Shown piece after piece: positions 41,048 to 51,548 of a DNA stretch of 64,000 bases. Both the position numbers and the translations under genes were made by a program. The DNA is taken from assembly GCA_965237905.1 (NCBI GenBank), contig OZ250172.1, forward strand, positions 2,816,001 through 2,880,000, given 5' to 3'. The notes under the pieces are model-generated. The model did no database searches. It was given only the letters and a program-made list of their open reading frames with translations, and was not told the origin of the DNA. How positions within the stretch are numbered: the stretch's first letter is position 1; each line of letters begins with the position of its first letter. The DNA comes from Nitrospinaceae bacterium (lineage in GTDB: Bacteria; Nitrospinota; Nitrospinia; Nitrospinales; Nitrospinaceae).

Positions 41048-43006
41048 TTACTTTTTATTGCTGACGTCTTCAAACTCCGCATCGACGACATCCTCATCGG
41101 ATTTATCAGAGCCATTTTCGCCGCCGCCTTCACCCGATTCGGGGCCGCCTTCAGGACCGCCCTCCGGACCGTCCTCTGGTCCGCCTTCGCCGCCGGAAGC
41201 ATCGGTTTGTGCGTACATCTTTTGAGCCAAGTTATGGGACGCTTGGGTCAGGGCTTCGACCTGGCTTTTGATTTGCTCGGCATCGGGCTCTTCACCTTCC
41301 AATACCTTTTTGGCCTCGGCAACGGCTTCTTCCGCGGCTTTGATGTCTTCTTCACCCAGCTTCTCTTTATTGTCCCTGATGGTTTTTTCAGTGTTGTAGA
41401 TCAGGGAATCGAGTTCGTTGCGGGCGTCGATCGCTTCACGCCGTTGCTTGTCGGTTTCGGCGTTGGTTTCGGCATCCTTCACCATGTTTTCGATTTCACT
41501 GTCACTGAGACCGGTGTTGTCGGTAATGGTGATCTTCTGTTCCTTGCCGGTGCCCTTGTCCTTCGCGGACACGTGGAGGATACCGTTGGCGTCGATGTCA
41601 AAGGTGACTTCGACCTGCGGTACGCCCCGGGGCGCAGCGGGAATCCCGTCGAGGTGAAATTTACCCAGCGAGCGGTTGTCTTTCGCCATTTCCCGTTCCC
41701 CTTGAAGCACGTTGACCTCGACGCTCGGCTGGTTGTCCGATGCGGTGGAAAACGTTTCACTTTTGCGGGTCGGAATCGTGGTGTTGCGTTCGATCAGCCG
41801 GGTGGTCACGCCGCCCAGGGTTTCGATTCCCAGGGAAAGGGGAGTGACATCCAGCAACAGGATATCTTTCACATCACCGGAAAGAACGCCGGCTTGTACG
41901 GCGGCGCCCAGTGCTACGACTTCGTCTGGATTAACGCCGCGGTGAGGTTCCTTTCCGAACAGGTTTTTGACGATTTCCTGGACCTTTGGAACCCGTGTAG
42001 AACCACCCACCAGAATCGCTTCATGAATCTTGCTGGAATCCAGCTCGGCATCTTTGAGGGCTTTTTTGCAGGGCGCTTTGGTGCGCTCCAGCAAATCGTC
42101 CACCAATGACTCGAACTTGGCGCGAGACAGCTTCAGGTTGAGATGCTTGGGACCCGTTTGATCGGCGGTGATGAACGGGAGATTGATATCGGTTTCACTG
42201 GTAGAGGAAAGCTCCATCTTGGCTTTCTCCGCCCCTTCTTTCAGTCTCTGCAGAGCCATGCTGTCGTTGGACAGATCGATTCCACTGTCTTTTTTGAATT
42301 CAGTCACCAGCCAGTCGATGACGCGTTGATCGAGGTTGTCGCCGCCGAGATGGGTATCCCCGTTGGTGGCTTTGACCTCGACGACGTTGTCGCCAACTTC
42401 AAGAATGGAGACGTCGAACGTTCCGCCGCCAAAGTCATAGACGGCGATCATGTGATCTTTGTTTTTATCCAGACCGTAAGCGAGTGCAGAAGCGGTCGGC
42501 TCGTTGATGATTCGCTTGACGTCCAGGCCGGCAATTTTCCCGGCATCCTTGGTGGCCTGTCTCTGGGCATCATTAAAATAGGCGGGAACGGTGATCACCG
42601 CTTCCGTTACGGTTTCTCCCAAATAGGCTTCGGCTGATTTTTTCACCTTTTGCAGAATCATGGCGGAGATTTCCGGAGGGCTGTATTGTTTGCCCTGGAT
42701 TTCAATCCGTACGTCATTTTTAGGGCCCTTAATTACTTTATAAGGCACCATTTTCATTTCTTCGCTGACTTCGTCATAGGACCGCCCCATGAACCGTTTC
42801 ACGGAAAAAATAGTGTTTTCAGGGTTGGCAATGGCCTGCCGCTTAGCCACCTGACCCACCAGAATTTCGCCTTCTTTGGTGAACGCCACGACGGATGGAG
42901 TGGTCTGGTTGCCCTCCTCGTTGACTATGACTTTAGGCTCACTTCCTTCCATCACGGCGACCACGGAATTGGTGGTCCCCAAATCGATTCCAATGATCTT
43001 TCCCAT
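41048..43006 (-). CDS. dnaK: Chaperone DnaK
   Basis: [48 protein letters not shown]. Confidence 0.99.
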   Translation of the reverse strand: MGKIIGIDLGTTNSVVAVMEGSEPKVIVNEEGNQTTPSVVAFTKEGEILVGQVAKRQAIANPENTIFSVKRFMGRSYDEVSEEMKMVPYKVIKGPKNDVRIEIQGKQYSPPEISAMILQKVKKSAEAYLGETVTEAVITVPAYFNDAQRQATKDAGKIAGLDVKRIINEPTASALAYGLDKNKDHMIAVYDFGGGTFDVSILEVGDNVVEVKATNGDTHLGGDNLDQRVIDWLVTEFKKDSGIDLSNDSMALQRLKEGAEKAKMELSSTSETDINLPFITADQTGPKHLNLKLSRAKFESLVDDLLERTKAPCKKALKDAELDSSKIHEAILVGGSTRVPKVQEIVKNLFGKEPHRGVNPDEVVALGAAVQAGVLSGDVKDILLLDVTPLSLGIETLGGVTTRLIERNTTIPTRKSETFSTASDNQPSVEVNVLQGEREMAKDNRSLGKFHLDGIPAAPRGVPQVEVTFDIDANGILHVSAKDKGTGKEQKITITDNTGLSDSEIENMVKDAETNAETDKQRREAIDARNELDSLIYNTEKTIRDNKEKLGEEDIKAAEEAVAEAKKVLEGEEPDAEQIKSQVEALTQASHNLAQKMYAQTDASGGEGGPEDGPEGGPEGGPESGEGGGENGSDKSDEDVVDAEFEDVSNKK

Positions 43007-43260
43007 GGGTGCAAATCCTTTCAAAGTATGCGATATTAATATTAAGTCTTATATTTAAAACAGTTATTGTTTTTTGGGTTATTTCGCGTTACTTGGTTAA
43101 ATAAAATCCCTTGGAGGCAGAGTCAAGCTGTGGGGTCTTAAATATTTTAAGTGGGGTAAAGGCCGGTTTTTAGGGGGATGTATGTGGGAAACTTTTAAAA
43201 ACAATGACTTAAATGAAATTAACCCTGGTTTCTGAGCCAAATCAAGCTTGAGAGGTGTCC

Positions 43261-43647
43261 GTGAATAATAAAATTACGGAAGATCACAGAGAATTTTCCC
43301 GGGTAGACGTCAAAATACTCGCCAAAGTGCAGGCCAAGGGCAAGGAGATGGTTTCCACAGGTGCGCATGATGTCAGTATGAAAGGTGTATTTGTGAGCGG
43401 CAAAACCGATTGGTCCATGGGGACTGAGTGTGAGATTCATTTGATTCTGGAGGGCCAGAATCCGCCGGTGGATATTAAAGTGAAGGGCAGGGTTCAGCGG
43501 ATCACTGAAGAGGGAATCGCGTTGTTGTTTACCGAGGTCAGTCTTGAGGCCTATGAACACCTCCACAATTTGGTTTTGTTAAATACTGATGACCCTGAAA
43601 AAGCAGAACGGGAATTTAAAAACCACCTGGGCCTGAAAAAGAAATAA
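43261..43647 (+). CDS. PilZ-domain protein
   Basis: RxxxR (REFSR) and DxSxxG (DVSMKG) c-di-GMP-binding motifs. Confidence 0.85.
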   Translation: MNNKITEDHREFSRVDVKILAKVQAKGKEMVSTGAHDVSMKGVFVSGKTDWSMGTECEIHLILEGQNPPVDIKVKGRVQRITEEGIALLFTEVSLEAYEHLHNLVLLNTDDPEKAEREFKNHLGLKKK

Positions 43648-43669
43648 TCCCCCTGAAGCGGATCACTTC

Positions 43670-44119
43670 CTACTTTTCATGGAGCAGGACCACCAGAAAA
43701 GGCAGGCCCTCGCAATCAAAGTTTACCGCAGTTAACGTTTCGCTTCCTGGGTGATGGAGGTTGTAATCGGTTACGGCCACGCAAGGCAGAGATATGGAAC
43801 AAGGGGCAGGAAAAAGAGATTTGATATTACCCGCCAAGATATTAGTGATTTCCCCTATGACATCCTGAATCTGCTGGTTGTCAACTTCAGTCTCATCAAG
43901 ACCATACATTGTTGCGGCAACCTTTCTGCCGATTTCCTTGGGAGCATATAGAGTGACGGCCCCCTGCCATTCTCCTGTAATTTGGACGCATCCGGCCAGT
44001 GTATTGTCCTTGCCTCTGGGCTTAAAAGGTTTGTCGGTAGGAGAAGCCTTCATGCTCAAAAATGTAGACCAAATATCAGTAACAAATTGACTGATCTCTG
44101 CTTCGCATTCAAACGCCAT
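43670..44119 (-). CDS. cheX: Chemotaxis phosphatase CheX
   Basis: ITGEWQGAV, DVIGEITNILAGN, ISLP. Confidence 0.9.
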   Translation of the reverse strand: MAFECEAEISQFVTDIWSTFLSMKASPTDKPFKPRGKDNTLAGCVQITGEWQGAVTLYAPKEIGRKVAATMYGLDETEVDNQQIQDVIGEITNILAGNIKSLFPAPCSISLPCVAVTDYNLHHPGSETLTAVNFDCEGLPFLVVLLHEK

Positions 44120-44125
44120 AGTTTT

Positions 44126-44947
44126 TTACCTTTTCAAACGATAGCAACCTGAGTGCTTATAGTCCACCCGCTCAAAAGCATTATCCAGGTTGATGGTGGA
44201 TTCCGCCGCGCCCAAAAATAGAAATCCATCGGGTTGAAGTATAGATCTCAGTTGTTCTAGAATTTTCTTTTTCGTTTCAATATCAAAATAGATCAAAACA
44301 TTCCGCATGAAAATGATGTCCATTGGGGGAAGGTAGGGCAATTCCCTGGACAGGTTGATATGTTGAAAGTGGATCATTTCCTGAAGTTGTTTTTTGATGG
44401 ACCACGTCGTTCCGTTCTTCTCAAAGTATTTGACCAAAAATGAGGCAGGAAGACCGCGGTTCACTTCGAGCTGGCTGAACTTCCCGGATCGGCACCGGTC
44501 CAGCATTTTCTCGGAGATATCACTTGCGATAAAATTTATTTTCCAATCGAGGAGTGCCGGAAAGCTTTCCCGGATAAGCATGGCTATCGAATAAGGTTCC
44601 TGACCGCTGGAACTGGCGGCGCACCAGATATTCAGTTTTTCGGTGCTTGTACGGCTTTCAAGTAATTCAGGCAGGACTGCGTCCTTAAGAGTTTCAAAGG
44701 GATGGATATCCCGGAAAAAGGATGTTTCATTGGTGGTCAACGCTTCGATTACTTTAGACTGAAGACCATTGTCGGAATTCTTACGAAGGGCCTCGACCAG
44801 TTGATCGATCGTATCGAAACCTTCGGTTTCGACTACCTGCCCGATACGTGACTCGACCAAATATTCTTTGCCGTCTTCAAGGACAATGGCGGAACGCTCC
44901 AAAACCAATTCCCGAATATAATTAAAATCGCTCTCAGAAACCGACAT
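44126..44947 (-). CDS. cheR: Chemotaxis methyltransferase CheR
   Basis: TTNETSFFRD, IWCAASSSGQEPYS, RNVLIYFD, LFLGAAE. Confidence 0.95.
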   Translation of the reverse strand: MSVSESDFNYIRELVLERSAIVLEDGKEYLVESRIGQVVETEGFDTIDQLVEALRKNSDNGLQSKVIEALTTNETSFFRDIHPFETLKDAVLPELLESRTSTEKLNIWCAASSSGQEPYSIAMLIRESFPALLDWKINFIASDISEKMLDRCRSGKFSQLEVNRGLPASFLVKYFEKNGTTWSIKKQLQEMIHFQHINLSRELPYLPPMDIIFMRNVLIYFDIETKKKILEQLRSILQPDGFLFLGAAESTINLDNAFERVDYKHSGCYRLKR

Positions 44948-45059
44948 AATTTTATAGTAATGCTTTCCCAGATAAGTAGGGTTTGACAGCCTGTTTGCAT
45001 TTTAAAGGGAGGCGGTACTATCGGACCTCGACAACCGCTTCCGCCTTGTCAATGGGATT

Positions 45060-45440
45060 TTACTTGGGTGTGTTGGAGATATTCATACCCATCAGGGCCA
45101 ACTTTTCAACAATCATTTCGTTGGTAAACGGCTTCATGATGTATTCATCTGCTCCCGCCTTCAAAGCCTCCGCCACCTTGTCTATTGCCGTTTCAGTGGT
45201 CACCATCATCATCCGCATATCTTTGTAGGCATTGTCTTTGCGGACCTCCTGAATAAACTCGCAACCGTTCATATCCGGCATGTTCCAATCGACAAGAGCC
45301 AAGTCTACTTTTTCTTTTTTGATCAAATCCATTGCCTCCAAACCATTGGCGGCTTCCTCAACCGTAAATCCTACCCCTACGAGGATTCCAGTCAAAATTG
45401 AGCGTATGGATTTGGAGTCGTCAATGACTAAGGCGCGCAC
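45060..45440 (-). CDS. cheY: CheY-like single-domain response regulator
   Basis: LVIDDS, DWNMPDMNG, MVTTE, YIMKPF; upstream of cheR. Confidence 0.88.
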   Translation of the reverse strand: MRALVIDDSKSIRSILTGILVGVGFTVEEAANGLEAMDLIKKEKVDLALVDWNMPDMNGCEFIQEVRKDNAYKDMRMMMVTTETAIDKVAEALKAGADEYIMKPFTNEMIVEKLALMGMNISNTPK

Positions 45441-45728
45441 TCATTATCTCCTGCGGCATGGATCTCCGTCTGGATCTGGAAACCCTTTAAACATAATGGC
45501 TTATAAGACTAAAATTGCAACTGTTTGAATTTAGACTAAGGGGTAAACCAGGGTCTGTCAATTGAAAAAGAATGGATTGGGAGGGGTTGATAGAACTGAA
45601 AGAATCTTCGTAAACTATTATTTTTATAGGAAAAATGAAACAGGGATGAATGTCTGGAGAGTGCGCTTGAGGCCTTGGTACAGGGTCGGCAATTTTTAAG
45701 AATGATAATTCAGGGAAGGGTGACTGGG

Positions 45729-45754
45729 AAAAAACAGGCCCGCCAAAGCGGGCC
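45729..45754 (-). terminator. Rho-independent terminator
   Basis: GGCCCGC-N4-GCGGGCC followed by TGTTTTTT on the minus strand, 7 bp after the stop of 45762-46478. Confidence 0.8.
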
Positions 45755-45761
45755 GCAAACT

Positions 45762-46478
45762 TTATTCCTGGTTTTCGTCGAGGCCTTGGTGGAGCTCTCC
45801 CATAAACAGGGTCGCATTCTCCTTGGAGTCCGCTTTAAGCCTTTCCTTATTTGCCCGGATTTCTTCCAGTTCTTCTATGCCTTCGGAAGTTAAAGCCCAG
45901 GGAGTAATGGATTTTTTGGCCTTTTTAATGGCCTCGGTAATTTTGATCAACTTGTCCGAATCCAAATCCCTAATGGACAGCAGGGCATCCTCATGGCCAT
46001 CATAGGCACACCAAGCCATGGTATAGCAGTTGGTATTCGCCCGGATCATTTTCAGGGTGATGTTGGCAAAATGGCAGTGAACCCCGATTAAGGCGCATAC
46101 ATGAATCTTATTATGCTGGATGGTTAGATTGGGGTGACAGGGATTGATCACCGCTTCAGGATCAATTTTGGGGTAGATGGGTCGATAATCCGGCATAGGA
46201 ATGATATTCATTCCGGGAACTTCTTTAGCCAGATCGAGAGCCAGCTTGGCTTTATGTCGGGTTTCCTCGGTCCATCCCCACACAATCATGGGTCCGGGAA
46301 ACAAGGTTGGGTTTCTACGAGTCAGCATTTCGTGGGCAGCAGTTTCGATGGCTTTCTCTGTGGGCACGTGTTCCCCTTCCACCAATTCCATATTTGACCC
46401 TTCTTCGGGCTGGAAAATTCCCATCGACGCGGCCGAAGGGGGTAGAAACCCCGCAGGACCCAGTTCTAATTTCGGCAT
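45762..46478 (-). CDS. Delta-type subunit (PorD/ForD-like; CODH-beta family) of a five-subunit 2-oxoacid:ferredoxin oxidoreductase
   Basis: GP..FLPPSAASMG, NPTLFPGP, IIPMPDYRP.YPKIDPE..INP.HPNLTI.HNKI, GVHCHFAN..LK.IR, GHEDA. Confidence 0.8.
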   Translation of the reverse strand: MPKLELGPAGFLPPSAASMGIFQPEEGSNMELVEGEHVPTEKAIETAAHEMLTRRNPTLFPGPMIVWGWTEETRHKAKLALDLAKEVPGMNIIPMPDYRPIYPKIDPEAVINPCHPNLTIQHNKIHVCALIGVHCHFANITLKMIRANTNCYTMAWCAYDGHEDALLSIRDLDSDKLIKITEAIKKAKKSITPWALTSEGIEELEEIRANKERLKADSKENATLFMGELHQGLDENQE

Positions 46479-46699
46479 TCTAATAAACCTCCAAATATCA
46501 ATTATTTACGATAAACCCGTAAGGGGGCTAAACTATATTATTTCTGCCCTTGGGGTCGTTATCAGGAAAGAAATCACTGAAACGGGCAGGTATAGACCTC
46601 TCAAGCATAAGAGTGGAATATTATTATCAAATACGAAAACTGTCAATGAATTAATGGGATAAATTTGGCGGATGCTAAGGGGCATTTCAGGTGAATTCG

Positions 46700-47341
46700 T
46701 CAAAATCCCTGTAGTTTTCCCCATTCAAAGGGATTTTGCATCCAAGTGTCCACCACCTGTTTTTCCTCTGGCGCGATATATCCTTCTTTCATCGCAAATT
46801 GGAGGAGGGAGTCCAGGTTTAAGAGGGTATGGAGCCGGCATTGAGACTTTTCAAACCGCTCCTTCGCCTCAGGAAAACCGTAGCTGAAAATTCCCAGACA
46901 ATGTTCGACCACTCCGCCGGCTTCCCGTATGGCCTCGACCGCTTTGACAGCGCTTCCGCCGGTAGAAATCAAATCTTCTACCAGGACCACTGCCTGTCCG
47001 GGTTTCAGTATGCCTTCCACCTGGTTTTTCATCCCGTGCTCTTTGGGAGAGGAGCGGACATAAATTAAAGGCAATTTGATCAGGTTGGCCAGGGAGGTGG
47101 CGTGGGGAATGCCCGCGGTGGCGACCCCGGCAACCGTGTCGACACGTACGCCTTCTTTTTCGATGACTGCCTTCATGCCCTCAGCAATCAGAGTCCGGTG
47201 ATCGGCATGGCCCAAGAGCATTCGGTTGTCATTGTATAAGGGCATCCGGTATCCCGAAGCCCACGTGAATGGATTTTTGGAGTTAATTTTAATCGCCCCG
47301 ATTTCGAGACTGATTTTTGCCAGTTGCTGTGCAAAGTTCAT
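46700..47341 (-). CDS. pyrE: Orotate phosphoribosyltransferase
   Basis: PFTWASG..P.Y.DNR, AGVATAGIP, VEDLISTGGS. Confidence 0.95.
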   Translation of the reverse strand: MNFAQQLAKISLEIGAIKINSKNPFTWASGYRMPLYNDNRMLLGHADHRTLIAEGMKAVIEKEGVRVDTVAGVATAGIPHATSLANLIKLPLIYVRSSPKEHGMKNQVEGILKPGQAVVLVEDLISTGGSAVKAVEAIREAGGVVEHCLGIFSYGFPEAKERFEKSQCRLHTLLNLDSLLQFAMKEGYIAPEEKQVVDTWMQNPFEWGKLQGF

Positions 47342-47367
47342 TTTAGATAAATTCCATTTCGGTTTTG

Positions 47368-49563
47368 CTAGAAGGTGCGATGGAGAAAAGATTCTCCTCG
47401 GGATCCGTCAAAATTGCCCAAGCCTTTTAGAGAAATACTGAACAGAAACCGGGTATCATTCGTTTTTCCCGTTCCGTTGAAAATATTGCGGTCGATGTAA
47501 TCGATGCTAAATCCCCAGCACATACATTTGTCATTATATGTCAGGCGGGTGTTATGTTCCAAAAGCTCATCGGTAAATTCATCATACCGGATGCTGTACT
47601 TTGCGTTCCATCCTTTAGGCAAGGTGACGTCCAGGGTACCCAGGATGCTGGCCGTCTGATTATTCGGATCGTCTCTCTCCCGGCGCTCAAAAATCAGCAT
47701 TAACCACTTGTTCAGTTTGATGCCGGCATCAATGTTCCAGGTTTCCAGAGCATCACTGTAGACGTTGTAAGTGAAGTCAGTATTCAGGAAAAAGTTATCG
47801 GAGAGTTTGCTGTCCAGATCGAAACGAATGGGAGAAAAGGGGCGGCGGGGATTTCCCGGAATCACCTGACCTCGGGCCTCGTCCAAATCGTAACTCTGGC
47901 TGATTTCCAACCGGGCAATTTGCCTCACTTCCGTGTCTTTGTCGCTAGCTGATCCTTTGCGGAGCAGACGCTGGACCAGGAATAAACTGAGTTGGTTCAC
48001 GTTTTCAACCGCATCAATGCCGTCCACCAGGCGTATTTTGGCCCGGTCGCTGCGGTCGATATCCGGTATGTAATCATACTGCAAGCGCGGTTCGATGACA
48101 TGTTTGAAACTGGAGCCTTCCGGATCGTCAGATAGAAATATCCGGTTGAACTTGGGGCCTTCCAGCAAAACGTTCACATCCACCATTTCCCGTGAAAAAC
48201 TATCCCCCTCGGCGACGCCGGGGCTGGCTGGGATTTCCTTATTGTAGAACGTTTCCCGGAAGCCCACACGGGGAGTCAATTGCAACCACGGGGCAATATT
48301 GATGGGCAAGGCCAGGCTGGGGTGGTAGTCAAACCGCTGGCTGGTTTCAGTCAGATCCGAGGTACTGCTGGTATCCAGGTCAAATAAAAAGTGTGTGTAG
48401 CTGACTTCCTGATCGAAATACGCACTTAAAAATTTGATTTCCACGGGCTGTGTTTTGTAGGTGACTGTGGGCAGAAGTCCAAACGTTTCGTCCAGATCGA
48501 ACTGCTCGCTTTCCCGGAACCGGGCCAGGACATCAAAAGAATGGTTATCCCACTTTCGGAATAAACTCGCGTAAGAGTCCGAACTCCGGCGCGTTCTCAA
48601 CTCAGTCTGATTACGAAAGGTTTGATTGAAATTGGCCTTGGACGTTTGGTCGATCTTGGCATTCAGTTTGAATCCCAGGGGCAGTTGTTGCCGATGCGTT
48701 GCATCGAGTTTCCAGAACGTGCTTTGAGTCAAATTGTCATCCAGAAACACGAAGTTGACCTGTCCGGATGTGGTTTTGTTGGGGGTGTACCGGAACTCTG
48801 TCCGTGAACGGATGCCCCGCCTTTCAACATAATCGACACCGATCGTGGCATCGGACCACTGATTGATGGCCCAGAAATAGGCCATCGCTACCGTTTCCCC
48901 TTCCACACTGCTGGTCGAAACTCTGGGAGCGAGTAATCCGGACTTTCTTTTGGTTAATATCGGGACATAGCCCACGGGAATATAAAGGATGGGAATATTT
49001 TTGATACGAAACACGCCTCCCGCAAACCAGGCCCGGTCGTCGAGAATCACATCCGCATCGGCAACGTCGATTTGCCAATCGGGAATCTCCCCTGTGCAGG
49101 TGGTGAGCGTCGAATTCTGGGCGGTGTAATGATTTTCCGATAATTTGGTGACCTCATCCCCAGTGATGTAATACAGATCGCCCAGTTTACCCGCTACCTT
49201 GAACAACCGCCCCTTTTCGGCTTTTATGTTGAATTGCGCCTTCTCTGCCTGGAATTTTGTTCCCTGTTCCGCGGTCATGACCACATTTCCCTTGGCCTGT
49301 CCCTTACCGGTCTCGGTGTTGATGATGATCTCGTCTGCGCTGACGGTCCGCGCGCCGTAAGTGACCACGACATGTCCCTCGGCTTTGACCAGGTTTTTTT
49401 CAACCAGATGAAGCATTCGGTCGGCCGTCAAATTTACAGGGTCCGTGTTCTCGTTGGAAGGGGTCTCCGGCTGGGCCCAGGAATCCAGAAAAAACATCCC
49501 GGTTGCCAGGGGCAAAAGAAAGGAGATAATAAATATCTTACGAATTATAGGTTTGATTATCAA
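47368..49563 (-). CDS. lptD: LPS assembly protein LptD
   Basis: OstA-like N-terminal domain, TTC, RKSGLLAP, HVIEP...Y.Y.P, C-terminal C.CW and barrel strands. Confidence 0.88.
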   Translation of the reverse strand: MIIKPIIRKIFIISFLLPLATGMFFLDSWAQPETPSNENTDPVNLTADRMLHLVEKNLVKAEGHVVVTYGARTVSADEIIINTETGKGQAKGNVVMTAEQGTKFQAEKAQFNIKAEKGRLFKVAGKLGDLYYITGDEVTKLSENHYTAQNSTLTTCTGEIPDWQIDVADADVILDDRAWFAGGVFRIKNIPILYIPVGYVPILTKRKSGLLAPRVSTSSVEGETVAMAYFWAINQWSDATIGVDYVERRGIRSRTEFRYTPNKTTSGQVNFVFLDDNLTQSTFWKLDATHRQQLPLGFKLNAKIDQTSKANFNQTFRNQTELRTRRSSDSYASLFRKWDNHSFDVLARFRESEQFDLDETFGLLPTVTYKTQPVEIKFLSAYFDQEVSYTHFLFDLDTSSTSDLTETSQRFDYHPSLALPINIAPWLQLTPRVGFRETFYNKEIPASPGVAEGDSFSREMVDVNVLLEGPKFNRIFLSDDPEGSSFKHVIEPRLQYDYIPDIDRSDRAKIRLVDGIDAVENVNQLSLFLVQRLLRKGSASDKDTEVRQIARLEISQSYDLDEARGQVIPGNPRRPFSPIRFDLDSKLSDNFFLNTDFTYNVYSDALETWNIDAGIKLNKWLMLIFERRERDDPNNQTASILGTLDVTLPKGWNAKYSIRYDEFTDELLEHNTRLTYNDKCMCWGFSIDYIDRNIFNGTGKTNDTRFLFSISLKGLGNFDGSRGESFLHRTF

Positions 49564-50824
49564 TAACCTGCTTAGCCTCAGCTACCGTGAATAGAGAACC
49601 TGTGACAACGATCAGATCGTCAGGGTCGGCCACTTGATAGGCGCGATCCAACGCCAACGGAATTTCATCCACCAGATCGATGGGCTGGGTGAAGTTCGTA
49701 AATGCTTTCCGGACTTGTTCCGGAGGAGTACTTCTATCGTTTTTCGGCTGGGTCACTACTATATAATCGGCATAATCTGAAATTAATTCAGTGATTTCTG
49801 CCAGGGGTTTATCCTTCATGATTCCGAAAACCCAGATTTTTCTTTTGTGGGGAAACAATTCGGAAAGGGATGCCGTCAACTTTTTAAAGCTATCGAAATT
49901 ATGGGCACCATCCAAAATAAGAGAAGGATTCGTGCCGCACATCTCCAGGCGGCCGGACCAGTCCGCTGATTTCAAACCTTGCCTGATGGTCGGCTCGGTG
50001 ACGGAAGGATCGGCCAGGGCCGTACAGGCCGCCACTGCCAACCCGGCATTGACCGACTGGTGCCTGCCCGCCAAAGAAATTTCCAGACCTTTATACCAAA
50101 TTTCCGGACCATTAAAATCAAAAACCTGACCCTGCAGAGAGTGGGATTGAATATCGACTTGAAAATCCTGTCCCAATTGAAGCAGAGAGGCCTTGTGACC
50201 CCGGCTCTGGTCCTGAATCACCTGAATAACCTCTTTTTCCTGTGAGCCGCAGACCACCGTGCAGGGATGCTTGATAATCGCGGCCTTTTCCCGCGCGATT
50301 TGGCTCAAGTCAGTCCCCAGGCTCGATTCATGGTCACGGGATATGGGGGTTATAATGCAGACTCGGCCCTGGCACAGGTTGGTGGAGTCCAGGCGGCCTC
50401 CCATACCGACTTCCACGACGTTCCAGTCGGTTTCCTGCCGGTCGAAATGCAGGAGCGCCATGATGGTACCGAATTCGAAAAAAGTGGGGGATAACTTTAA
50501 ATCTTCCGAAGCTTGTTTGAGGGTGGCGACCCAATAAATTGTTTCCTCAGGTGCAATGAGTTGGCGGTTGATTTGAATACGTTCCCGAAAATCCAGAATG
50601 TGAGGCGAGGTATAAAGCCCCACACGGTAACCCGAAGCGCGTAGAATGGATTCCACAAAAGCCGCTGTGGAACCTTTACCGTTGGTGCCGGCAATATGGA
50701 CTACCGGAGTTTTTAGTTGGGGGTTGCCGAAATAATCAAGCAACCGCGTTGTGTTATCCAATCCCAGTTTGATTCCCAGCCGGGCCAGGCTGTAAAGATA
50801 ATCCAGGGATTCCTGATAGTTCAT
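49538..50824 (-). CDS. folC: Folylpolyglutamate/dihydrofolate synthase
   Basis: HIAGTNGKGST, YTSPH, EVGMGGRLDSTN, LDGAHN, VTGSLF. Confidence 0.96.
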   Translation of the reverse strand: MNYQESLDYLYSLARLGIKLGLDNTTRLLDYFGNPQLKTPVVHIAGTNGKGSTAAFVESILRASGYRVGLYTSPHILDFRERIQINRQLIAPEETIYWVATLKQASEDLKLSPTFFEFGTIMALLHFDRQETDWNVVEVGMGGRLDSTNLCQGRVCIITPISRDHESSLGTDLSQIAREKAAIIKHPCTVVCGSQEKEVIQVIQDQSRGHKASLLQLGQDFQVDIQSHSLQGQVFDFNGPEIWYKGLEISLAGRHQSVNAGLAVAACTALADPSVTEPTIRQGLKSADWSGRLEMCGTNPSLILDGAHNFDSFKKLTASLSELFPHKRKIWVFGIMKDKPLAEITELISDYADYIVVTQPKNDRSTPPEQVRKAFTNFTQPIDLVDEIPLALDRAYQVADPDDLIVVTGSLFTVAEAKQVIDNQTYNS

Positions 50825-50982
50825 AAGATGGAGGCTCCCTGTTTGCCTGGAAGCGTTAAATTTTTATTGGACGCCAGTGAATAAGAAAAGTCAGGCGGTC
50901 GTTAAGGGGATTATATTTTCTCATTTGCGCTTTGTGTGAGTAAAATGCTTAAAAATTAAATATTTTTAATAATAGAGGGAGT

Positions 50983-51537
50983 ATGACCAGTCAACCCACA
51001 CCAATTCGAATTCCATTAATGGAGATTTCAGGAAAGGTGGGGCAAGAAGGACAGGCGGAGGAGTTGCCGCCGGGCCTGAAGCGGCTTTCTGAGGTCGAAA
51101 TCTCCGTGTCCCAGGGTTTGCCGGAGCAATGCTATGCTCTGGAACTAACCGATATCATTAAGAAATCTCTAGAATCGGGAAAGTCTCTGGGAATATTCGG
51201 ATCCGGAAAGGGTGGTGCGGCGCTGAATGATATTTATGCTCTGGGTCTTACGGGGCGGGAACCTCTCGTCTGCAAAGTGATCAAAAACGATGCGCGTCCC
51301 GGTTCTTCCAATCGGGAGAAACCAGCCGTTTCCCCTGCGAAGAATCGCAGAAAAAGTTTCATGACCCCCACACCCCTGCATATCCCGGAAAGCCGGGTGT
51401 CGCCCATTCCCGATTCCGCCCATGAGATGATTTATCTGAAAGATTTGAACGAAAGCGAAGCTTTAAAGGTGGTTCCCTTGCGGGATGTGGTGTGGATGCA
51501 TCCCTTGATTTCCGTGATGGAAAATCCTCAGGGATAA
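50983..51537 (+). CDS. Hypothetical protein, possibly a degenerate S24/LexA-like C-terminal domain
   Basis: SD GAGGGAG; IPL..ISGKVG, CYALEL, LVCK, YLKDLN, DVVWMHP pattern. Confidence 0.55.
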   Translation: MTSQPTPIRIPLMEISGKVGQEGQAEELPPGLKRLSEVEISVSQGLPEQCYALELTDIIKKSLESGKSLGIFGSGKGGAALNDIYALGLTGREPLVCKVIKNDARPGSSNREKPAVSPAKNRRKSFMTPTPLHIPESRVSPIPDSAHEMIYLKDLNESEALKVVPLRDVVWMHPLISVMENPQG

Positions 51538-51548
51538 TCGTTGGATGA

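Noticed and set aside
43007..43250. CIRCE operator upstream of dnaK
   Set aside because: No TTAGCACTC-N9-GAGTGCTAA match seen
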